A program made the position numbers and the translations under genes. Of a DNA stretch of 64,000 nucleotides, positions 51,952-62,363 are shown piece after piece. The DNA lies in assembly GCA_038496445.1 (NCBI GenBank), contig JALMLS010000500.1:18972-82971 (forward strand), written 5' to 3'. This stretch comes from Trichosphaerium sp. ATCC 40318. Its lineage: Eukaryota > Protista > Tubulinea. Below the pieces are notes generated by a model, which saw only the letters and a program-made list of their open reading frames with translations, searched no databases and was not told where the DNA came from. The stretch's first letter is position 1. Each line of letters begins with the position of its first letter.

Positions 51952-53031
51952 ATGCAAGGTTGTCCTACGTGGAAGCTAGTCCTAGTTGGTGATGGTGGTG
52001 TTGGTAAGAGTGCTATCTAATAGCAGTATTTGATTTTTTTGACGTCTGTAAGGTAAAACCACTTTTGTAAAGCGCCACCGGACTGGCGAGTTCGAAAAAG
52101 AGTATAAACCAACAATGGGAGTAGAGGTTGGTTTTTTCAAAAAATTAGCAGTTAAAACTGACTGCGAGCGCTAGGTTCACCCTTTAAAGTTCACCACAAA
52201 CTACGGTGACATTTGTTTTAATGTCTGGGACACGGCAAGTCTTATTTTTTTATCATTTCGCTTAAAACTTACACTTACGTAGGCAGGGCAAGGTATCTAC
52301 AACTTCTTTTTGTTTTTTTTATTAAAATCGCGTTAATTGTTTCAAACAGAAAAACTTGGCGGCCTCCGCGATGGTTACTACATTGGAGGTACTGCACATG
52401 CATAATTAACGCAAAAAACTTATCAGTAATCAAGGCCAATGCGCTATTCTAATGTTTGACGTTACTTCCCGTATGACGTACAAACATGTACCAAATTGGC
52501 ATAAGGATGTAGCTCGTATTTGCCATGGGGCACCAATCGTAGTTTGCGGCAATAAGGTTGACGTAAAGATTGAACAAAGAAAGGTCAAGGGAAAACACAT
52601 CTCCTACCACAAGAAAAAGAAATTGGAGTATTTCGACATCTCTGCGCGTAGTAATTACAACTTCGAGAAAGTACGTTGTAAACAAAACCCCGCGTAATTA
52701 TTTTAAGCTCTTCACATTGTAACTATTTATTGCAATAGCCTTTCCTTGTATTAGCACGTAAGCTTGTTGAGAGAGAGAACTTGGAATTTGCTGAGGTAGA
52801 AGCACTTGAGGTATGTAGCACAGCAACTATTTAAGGCGCAAAAAATGTCTGTCAATTTTGTTTTGAAAATACTATTTTGGGTTTTTCGGGCTTATACTAA
52901 CTCCCTCACAGCCACCAGAGATTCCTGTAGACCACGCTAAGATGAGCCGCTATGAGCGAGAATTAGAGAGTGGTACTCTGACCAATGCCAAAAAAGTGCC
53001 TCTTCCCGATGAGTCAGGATCAAATATTTAA
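51952..53031 (+). CDS. RAN: Ran GTPase, divergent
   Basis: [22 protein letters not shown]|AGQ|[35 protein letters not shown] and [10 protein letters not shown]|PFL. Confidence 0.92.
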
Positions 53032-53225
53032 ATGGTTCAAAAAGCTTTTTATTAATAAAGCGCGCACTGTACTCTTTTTTTCTTTACTGGAGGTTAATTA
53101 TGAGTCATAACTAATTTAGCACGTAATCAGCTTTTTTTTACATACATTGATGACGTTGCAACCAAAAAAAAAAAAAAAAAGCATTGGACAATGAAGCTTA
53201 TTGGTATATTATTACGTTTTGTACT

Positions 53226-55449
53226 TTACAACTCGATACCCAATTCATCTAAGCCTAATTCATCCAATTTCATGTCATCTCCTTTGGCTCTATACAAATC
53301 CAAGCATGTAGAAAATACTTCTTCAGCAATCGGTTTATCCAAGCCAAGTTTCTTTAACGTCCGTTTTCTTTCATTTACAGGATCTTTACGTTTATCAAAA
53401 TCAAAGAAATGAGGGTAAAATGAATCTTTTGTGTTTTGATCAAATCCCTCAACTAATGTCTTCTCTTTACAATTCGTATTGTCTCTTACCAAAATATCAA
53501 TATCATCATCATTTTCCTAAAGTAAAACAGTCAGAAATAATGTCTCAATCGGCTTGTGAGTTGAAAAAGAAAGAAAGAAAAAAAACGGAAAAAAAAAAGT
53601 TTTTCTCTACTGTCTACGTACATCGTCTTTTATCTTTAGCCTACTAACCAAAGAGTAGAGTTCTGGACCTGCAAGAGATTGAGATATCGATATTCTTCCC
53701 AAAACATTTGGTATTGAGTAATAATCAGTTATCTGAAGTGGAACTTCATCCTCGTCTGATTTTTCTTTTTGTTGTTCTTCCAGATTAGCATTTTCCTGAT
53801 TTTCATCCTTAATCTTATCCTGCTCATCTGCGAGCGTTGACATCTTGTTTCCATCCTTGTCGGAATCTCTCAACGTCTCTCCATTAACATCATTTTTTTT
53901 ACGATTATTTTCAACATCATTTCTTTCACTCTTTGAAGCAGAGCCTTCTGTCCGATTATCATCTTTTCTATGAGTATAAGATCTTTTGTAATTATAATGA
54001 TTACTGAATTTCCTATCATTCCTATTACTTGCATATCTACCACGAGAAGGCGTTCTACTATTAGGTCGATCATCTCTAACATTAGTAGCACGTTCAGGTA
54101 ACCGCTGTCTACTAGGTTCTCTTCTTGAGTCTCTTATATCTCTAGGATGATCTCTGCCAGGTAATCTATTGATATCATCATAGTCACTAGCACTTCTCCG
54201 CCTTATATCACGGACATCACGACCACGATGATCATCACGTAATCTTTCATTGCGCATGTCATCACGGCGTATATCTCTACCTATAGACGCTGGTGGTTCT
54301 CTATGATCTCTTATAGGTTCCCTAGGAGGTTCTCTAAATACTCTATGATCTCTTGGATCTCTTGGATATGCATGAGTTCGCGGCCTATCTCTAAAATCTT
54401 GTCGTTCTCTTTCAGGTGGTGGACGATCAAAACCATGATAATTGTATCCTCCCACTGCACGTTCTTGATATCTAGGAAACTGAGGCGGAGGTGGTCTGTA
54501 AAAGGTATCTGTATGTACGTTAACAATGTATTTTAAACACGGCAATATCGAGGAACGAGGTTGTTAACAACAACCAAAAAACAACTAAAGCTTTGGTTTT
54601 TTCCAACTTTTTTTTAAATCGTACTTCTGCCCTGAATGGGTCCTCCTCTGATTGGTGGATTATCTATTATTGATAAGCTACTGCTTAATAGCTGTGTATT
54701 AAACATACTGTCATATCCTGGACCTCTTGGTTGGTGAGGTGGGGGCGCCCTATCATCATAGAATGTATCAGCTTTAAATCGCTTATTGCTTCCTTCAAAG
54801 CGACTAGTCCTCCCTATGAAATACAATTATTATTAAATCTTTCCGCACATCAAACATTCACATACCTGGCGACATTCGTCGTTTCCTGGGCATAGTTTCA
54901 GGAGGTGGATAAAACCCAAGTTTAGATTCAAAATCTCGCCTTAAGCTAGTGAGCAAATAAATTATTTTGAGGATTTGTTTTTTCAATGTACCCTCGTCCA
55001 GAACCATAACTGTGTCTTCTTGGTGATACAGGCCGTGGAACGTGGTGTATAGGCTGTCTAGGACGTGCAGGTGAGACAACTGGAGGTCTTAGAGGTCTAC
55101 GGTCTCTTATCGAGGAGCCATGATCTCTCGGACCAGAAGTGCGCCTTGGTGATATTGGAGGCCTACGGTCATTGTGTCTTGGTTTTGGTGCACCCCGTGG
55201 CTCAACAGGAAATCCCCATTGTGACTTTTTTGTTATTGTATTATAGTAGTAAGGTTTGCCAGTTTCTGTACTATGGCGTAACTGCCATCCATGTGGTAGA
55301 GTACGAGCATCTTTCTCCGAATGCGCCATGTGATTGCGTGTATCTTTTGAAACATCAGGACCTGGACGTCTACGTAAGCATATATACATCATAATGTGTT
55401 ACTTTTGGTTGCGAATCCTGACATTGCGCGCATAGAGTAAATTGTACAT
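53226..55449 (-). CDS. WW-domain, Arg/Asp/Pro-rich protein; may be the 3' part of the adjacent CCCH gene
   Basis: LPHGWQLRHSTETGKPYYYNTITKKSQW.FP (WW domain) and a long RD/RE-rich region. Confidence 0.75.
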
Positions 55450-55618
55450 GAGAAATCCAGCACAATTTTTTGAAAGCCAATTTTTTTTTTACGGCTGAGG
55501 AACTGTTTTTCCACAGGAGGTTTTTTATGAACGTTTGTGTGGTTATTTTTAAATATTAAGTATTTTTAAAGGCAAGTCATTTGTCCCAACACACCCAAAT
55601 CCCCTTCCAAGTTTGTAA

Positions 55619-56546
55619 TTACTTGTCCAGAGAATTGATACTGTCTGTGACGAGAATTCTATCATCAACAAAACCTAAAAGTACTAACCTTCTTTGTTTC
55701 CACCACGAACCATTGCGTCTCTACCTCCATCTCTGTCCTTTTCCTTACGAAGATTATCTCTGTTATCCACAATCCTTGCAGGTCTTTGATCATGTACTCT
55801 TCTATCTCTGTCCGAATCGCGCTTGTAATGAGGCGAAGCAGCCTGTGGGTTGCCACCACTTATTCTGCGTGGTTTTACATCTCGAGCTGGTAAATGAGAG
55901 GATGAAGCAGGAAGCGGATGAGAACGTCGGTCAGAATCAACATGAGGACGTCGGTAGTTGTTTGTATTGAAAGGGCGTCGATCTCTAACATCACTTGCGT
56001 TGTGTCTTACACGGTCTTTGTCACTGTTGTACCGCGGCCTATCGTCCCTTCTCTTATAATCTCCTCCATTGCGCAGGTGTGGGTGGTGATTTAAAGGTGC
56101 TACTGGCCTAGTATTACCACGACCTGTCATTGTTAACAGGACAATTCCAAAGATCGCAAAAAAGGCAGAGATACGTACTGTTAGGGTTACGATAGCCAGC
56201 ACGGTGGCCATTATCAAGGGGGCCAGGGTTATTGTGGGTTGGTCTATCCATTGTTAATAGCCGAAAAGGCCAATGTTCATTTTGGTTATGCGTAAACTGT
56301 ACCTCTGTGCCATTTTCTTTTTGAGCACTATGCGGTGGTTACAATTCGCAGCGCCCTTTTCACAAGGTTCTCCTTTAAAGAAGCTTAAGCAGTCAACCCC
56401 TTCGTGGTAAAACGAACAAGTGTTATCAGCGAGACGTGCGCACTTGCTACCTCTATGGCAGCGTTTAATCTCAATGTGCTCTGACAAAGTGTTAATTTCT
56501 ATTGAAGAAAAGTGGCGTGACGCGTGTGAGTTGTGATAATACCCAT
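55619..56546 (-). CDS. CCCH zinc-finger, Arg/Asp-rich protein
   Basis: CHRGSKC......CSFYH and CLSFFKGEPC......CNH. Either stops at 55619 or splices in phase to the WW gene. Confidence 0.6.
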
Positions 56547-56897
56547 TGAATAGTGATAAAAAATTACAAACAATTGGCTAACGATTTTACATTGCCGGCG
56601 ATAAATATCCAAACAACGCGTTTTTTAGCGCTACTACTACGTACTAACACCTATGCGGTACGGGGCAGCGATTTTTGAGCCAGTTGTGGTTGTTCGGTTG
56701 GTACGAGAATGCTCGAGCATACAAACCGTGTGGGGCTTGTTGCTTGCGCGTTCAGAAGCCAGAAGGCTTAATATATGCCTTAATTACACCAAAGCACTAA
56801 ACTGTTTTTTTCACCGCATTGCAACGCACAGTGGAATTGCCGTCAAAGTTGCCTATCAAAAACCTCAAACCCTTGACTCAATATTGTACTGCAGCTC

Positions 56898-58518
56898 ATG
56901 TTTTTCAAGAAGAAAATAAAGCCGGCAGAGTTGGTGAAAGGATTGAAAGATAATTTGAGCATTGTGGCGAGGGAGAAAAACCAAAAGTCTAAAATCGACA
57001 AGGTGAGGCTCACAGTTTGAATTAATTGCTTTCCGCCTCGACGCCGATTAATAACGGCTGTCTGCATTTATTTTTGGTCACTTTATGGTTATCCTCAACG
57101 ATCAGGCCAGTAAAACTATACTTCTTTTAAAATACACGCAAATTAGCGCTTTTCAACACTCAAACTAAATCATACACAGGCAAGAGAAGAAAGCTCTAAA
57201 AACCTTGATGCTATGAAACAAGTGCTATACGGTACAGCGGAGCACGCAGCGAACCCCGACCTCGTGTCTCCTCTTGCCAATGAAGTTTATGTTACAAATC
57301 TCATCCCTCTCTTAATCACCAACCTCCACAGGATCGAATTTGAGGTCAGGACGCTCTTTTTTTTTCAATTTGTGATTTTTTTTTCGTATTGACACTCTCA
57401 GGCCAAAAAAGACGCTGCGTTAGTTTTCAATAGCTTACTACGCAGACAAGTGGGTGTACGATCGCCTACCGTGGAATACATTACACGTCACCCCGAAGTG
57501 CTAGACCATCTTGTAGCGGGGTACATTAGCCGCATTAGTGCTCTTAGTTTTTATTAATTGGATTCAGTTGTGAGAACCTTGAAATTGCCTTAAACTGTGG
57601 TAATATGTTGCGTGAGTGTGTTAGGCACGAACCTCTCGCTAATATCATCTTGTCTGGCGAAAATTTTTACAAGTTTTTCAAATTTGTTGAAATGCCAAAT
57701 TTTGATGTTGCTTCTGATGGTTTCGCTACGTTCAAGGTATATAGTGCTAGTAATATAATGTAAAAATTAATGATTATTTTTTTAGGACCTTCTCACAAAG
57801 CATAAACAATTGTGCGCCGAGTTTTTGGAGAAGAATTACACACGTGTACGCTTTTTTTTTTTTTTTTTTCCGTTCAACTCCTGTTTTGGGTTATTTTTTG
57901 ACACTCCTTAAAGGTATTCACGGAGTATACTACACTTCTGCACTCTGATAATTACGTTACTAAACGACAATCGTTGAAGGTATTTTTATCATCATTTGTT
58001 AAAAAAACGTGTTTGTAACCGGGATTATAGCTACTTGGTGAATTGCTTCTGGATCGTGCTAATTTCAACGTGATGACAAAGTACATTAGTCAACAAGCTA
58101 ATCTCAAGTTAATGATGAATTTACTCCGAGATAAGAGTCGTAGCATTCAATTCGAGGTGAGGAAACATTATCTCTTAAAGGTGTCAATCTTCTAAATTTT
58201 TGTAAAGGCGTTCCATGTTTTCAAAGTATTCGTAGCGAATCCTAACAAACCACAACCTATCCTCGAGATCCTAGTAAGAAACAAGGCCAAGTTGATAAAA
58301 TTCTTGACAAATTTCCACAAGGATAGAGGTAAGTCATTTTTATTATTATTTTGTGTTAAAAAATCAACTTTCCGAAAAAATAATCAGAAAGAAAATTCTA
58401 TTAAAAGCCATTTGCATTTGGTTCCCTACCTCGTTATTTAATACTTTTTGTAGTGCTAGATGATGAACAATTTGCAGATGAGAAGGCGTTCCTATTGAAG
58501 CAAATTGAGCAACTTTAG
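56898..58518 (+). CDS. CAB39: MO25/CAB39 kinase scaffold
   Basis: FE|[42 protein letters not shown]|[13 protein letters not shown]|[12 protein letters not shown] and DEQFADEK. Confidence 0.97.
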
Positions 58519-58791
58519 CTTGATGTAAATTATTTTCATGCGCCGGATCATCGTACTTGTAATACTGCCATTTGTACAAAAAAATCACCAAAAAACTTGT
58601 TTTCAACGAATAAATTCAGAACAAACAACTTATATGGGTTCTCTGTCTTGTATTTGCTTTGATTTGGGTGTTGAGATGTGCATTATTACACGTGCTGCTT
58701 ATGTAGTTAAGCTCGTGATTTTTATTAGACGATTTCGTAGTCCCCTAGGAACAACCCTACAAACTCCCTCCCTATTTAATATTTGGCTTGC

Positions 58792-60373
58792 ATGATGCCC
58801 CGGCGTAGATCCCAGAGCCTAGCACCTGATATTGACGTGATCAGCTTCAAACACTTCAATGACCTTACTCAAAGCGACACAGACGTCACCGAAGTTAACG
58901 GAAAGCGTCAGTTTGCTACTACGGATAAATTACCGATCCTAACAAATTCACGGTTCGCGTAAGTTTTTAAATTTACCGGAAATCAGCACTGAGCGTATAG
59001 CATGCGCGCATGCTTTAATTTCCCGCCCTTACTCGTTTCCACAGAAAAGATTATCCAGCGCGAATGGCGCGCAGCCACGAGCCTCCCAAAGGGACGTGGA
59101 TGCCAAACTCGCCTGACAAACCTTCTGCAATGAAGCAACTACAAAGCCTTTCAATATTCGATCAATTCCCTTCGTGGGAAGTACAGACAAAGTAAGGACA
59201 TATTTTGTGAACTTACAAAGTAATATTCTAAAAGGGCACCAAAAAAAGCCTCTCTTGTATGCAAGGACCTTGTTCAGTTCAATTTTGAATGGGGCACATC
59301 ACCACTACGCTTAATAGAGCAATTTACAATGAAGCCTAAATGTACAGATTTACAACAAAGAAATGTATCCACCAACATTGGTTTTAACCAATAGAAAAAC
59401 CCCTAAACATCACGCTTTGTGTGTTCAGATGGGTTTTCAAATTATTTTTATTTTTTATCAAGAAACGTTTAAAAAATCCCTTGACGATCAAGTTTACACA
59501 TGCTCTATTAAATGGCGCTGAGATAACCCAGCTGTTTGATAATATAACTTCTGTAGAAGAGTTTATATCTGCAATGGAGGTAAGTAAACTAGGTTTTTTT
59601 TGTAAAAAGCCCGTATTATTCGAAAATTTAATTTAATTTGTAAAATCTCGCCTCTATGTATTCATCGTTATTAATTGTTGTACTGTGAAGGATGCTACAA
59701 AGCTTGTGAATAGTGTACTAGACCTTATAGATGAAGTGGCGCTTCTAGAAACAGAATATGACGTTTTTGCTAAAGGCAGAGGTGGTCCTTCAAAGGCTAT
59801 GCTAAAGGTACGCTAACTCGGCTTTCTCCAACCAAATTACCTTCACGTGTTAAAATTTCAAATGAGTTCCATGAGGTTTACCTTATGATTTTTTTTTCTT
59901 CGTCTACTCGAGTACATAACACTTACTGTTTTAAGAAGTGTGTGCTTTCGCTTCTCTTTTTTGTGAAATATTTTTTCGCTTTAATTTTTCTTGTTGAAAA
60001 AACGTTGCTGTTTTGCTTACAAATTTTGTTCAATACAGGTCTGCTTCAAGTCTAAAACAAAGCTAAATAATACCTTTGTAATCGTTTTCAACATTGTTCA
60101 TAATTACCCGGAAACGCCTATGGAGGTTCTTGTTATGACTCGTTGGGATTGTGAGGTATGCTTAATTATTACGTCAACAAACGTGTTTTTTCACAAATTG
60201 CGGACTTCTACCACCTCCTTTGCTGTTTAATACTACTTTCTATCGTACCCTTACACTCTTTGTAGATCCCACAAGACACAATAAGCGCTACAATACGTGA
60301 TGTGAATAGAGAGCGTGGTAGATTAAGCCGGATATGCCAATCTCTCAATGACTTGTGCCAAAACGCTGTTTAG
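58792..60373 (+). CDS. Short protein with a Knl1/Zwint-like C-terminal RWD domain
   Basis: Exons join in frame. C-terminus LIDEVALL...LK|VCFKS....FVIVFNIVHNYPETPM...PQDTISATI....GRLSRICQSL matches the Knl1 C-terminal RWD pattern as I recall it. Confidence 0.55.
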
Positions 60374-61029
60374 AGGGGTGTTGTTCTTGGTTTAAACTTA
60401 TATATCTCCGCGTAACTTTGTACATGTAAAAACTGCCATTATGAGGGCGGTTGCGTTTTTTTTCCTCTACGCCTATGCCAGATCTATAATAAATAAACTT
60501 TTGTAAATCGTTTTGACTTACACGTTTTTGTCACATGGAACTGATAATGGTGTTGAACTCCTAAAAAGCGACGTTTGGTTGTAACCAGTAAACGTCGTTT
60601 AGAGTATCTAGAAGCATATGAAAGAGGTGTCAACACTTTGCTGAAATTGTTTAAAAAACACACAGTAGCTAAGGATACACGTTCTTCATTCGATTTTTTT
60701 GTCGGTACCAATATTGGACGACTGCGTTTCCTTATACTCACACGCAAATGCGCATAATATAAATAAAAAAAAACCATGGTTGTTGTGAAATAAACGAGGT
60801 AGGTTTATTTTTTTTTCAGGAAATTCCACCAATTTTCAGTCAAACTTGAATCGAACTTACTACACTACTTCACAATACAGAACCACACTCGAAATTCGCA
60901 TGTATAATCCCCAATTGCACCAAACTAGTCTAAAAATGTCGTGGCTATTGCATGAGAGGGTTGTAGAAGAATTGCGCAAAAACCACAATTAAATTTCGAT
61001 GCAAATGATGATCAATAAAAGGATCTTTT

Positions 61030-61287
61030 TTCCGTTTAGCTAGTAGAATACGTCTACTCAGGTTCCGAGCGGCTCCACAGGTCCTCTCAAGAGTACCCTG
61101 TTTCACCAAGGGGTAGCAGGGCATACGGAACGGAACGCCCGCAAGTATAGTAACAATCTGCTTGCAATGCGAGGCTGACGATATTCCCAGCAAGGCTATG
61201 GTTGTCTTGTCAGAGTTGTTGGTGGTGATGAGAAAGGCTCTGGTCGAAAGACAATTTTTGCTATTGTTAGGAATAAACGGGCTTTTT
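61030..61287 (+). ncRNA. Candidate structured non-coding RNA, family unassigned
   Basis: GC-rich island with several helices containing G-U pairs that form only on the + strand, paired 5' and 3' ends, and a terminal T5 run. Confidence 0.45.
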
Positions 61288-61394
61288 GTATTTTTCCTTC
61301 ATTTTGCCATGTTAAAACTCCGTTATGGCACTTGAATGCAATAATATTGTACGGTGAAATATTTGGAAACGGCTATTTGTGGTTCAGTGAACTG

Positions 61395-62157
61395 TAGAAT
61401 TTTCTTCATATTTTTTGGTCAATGACCATGTTTTGCAACGAAAAAATTATCGAAACGTACTTCCACTTTGTTGAGGAAGTTATCCAACATCATATCATAT
61501 TCTAGAACAACAACAAACAATACATCATGAGCGTACTACAAGTCCAAACACAACTAGATGACGACTGCATCCCAGCATTTGATAAGTGCGTCAAATTTTT
61601 TTCTTTTTTCTTCACCACTCATTCCTTGTCTTCTTTTCTTCCTCACCGTCTCTTCAATAGATTCAAGATGGGAAAAGGAAGTCCTTACATTGTATACAAG
61701 CTTACTGATAATCATTCACGTGTTGTCATTGAAACAAAGGGAAGACAAGGAGATGATTGGCAAACACTTGTTGAAGAGCTACCAGAAAATGAACCAAGAT
61801 ATGTCTTATTCTCATACAATTACGATCTTGGATCAGATGGAAAAAGAACAAAGACTGTATTTCTTTATTGGTGTCCTATGAAGTCCGGTGTAAAAAACAG
61901 AATGTTGTACACATGCACCAGGATGTACTTGAAGTCTCTCTTTCATGTGCGTTCTTACAAACTTTCCTTTATTTAAACGAAAACGTTTTACCAACTCTTT
62001 GTTTGTAGGGTATCTCAGTAAGTATGCAAGCTGGTAGGAAATGTGATGTCACAAACGAGTCTGTATTGAATGTTTGTACAAGCAAATTCAGATAAAGACC
62101 ACAAATGTAGTAACTTCTTCACTTGTAAATGTAAATAAATCTTGTTCCTTTTCAAAT
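61395..62157 (+). repeat. Right arm of the inverted segmental duplication (partner 47769-48522)
   Basis: Near-identical reverse complement of 47769-48522. Confidence 0.95.
61527..62095 (+). CDS. ADF/cofilin family protein, copy B (3 exons)
   Basis: Same structure as copy A. Differs at K/Q (TKL vs TQL), E/K (FEM vs FKM) and Q/E (EQL vs EEL). Confidence 0.92.
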
Positions 62158-62363
62158 CCACAAAATCTTTTTGTGCACAGTCATCTTGTCGACTGTTTCT
62201 GTTCTTTTCAAAGGTGGCATCTGGTATACAAACTCAAGATCACTGAAACCTACAGGAAAAATTCTTTCATATATCTCTAATAACGATCTGAAGTCCAAAC
62301 CATGAACATCTTCAAGCGGACTTGTTAATTTTTATTTCTGTTTTTTTTTAAATGGCTCTGATT

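Noticed and set aside
60400-60960. Short ORFs on both strands and a minus-strand GTATCCTT near 60678
   Set aside because: I could not build a coherent gene model, so it is not counted as a gene or a U12 intron.
61200-61255. Hammerhead ribozyme-like core (TGATGAG...CGAAA with a stem III match)
   Set aside because: The invariant C3 is G, stems I and II are poor, and a simple long hairpin fits better.
61181-61257. snR30/U17 or U3 snoRNA identity for the ncRNA candidate
   Set aside because: ATATTCCCA resembles motif m1, but m2 (AAACCAT) is absent on this strand. U3 boxes B and terminal D are not found.
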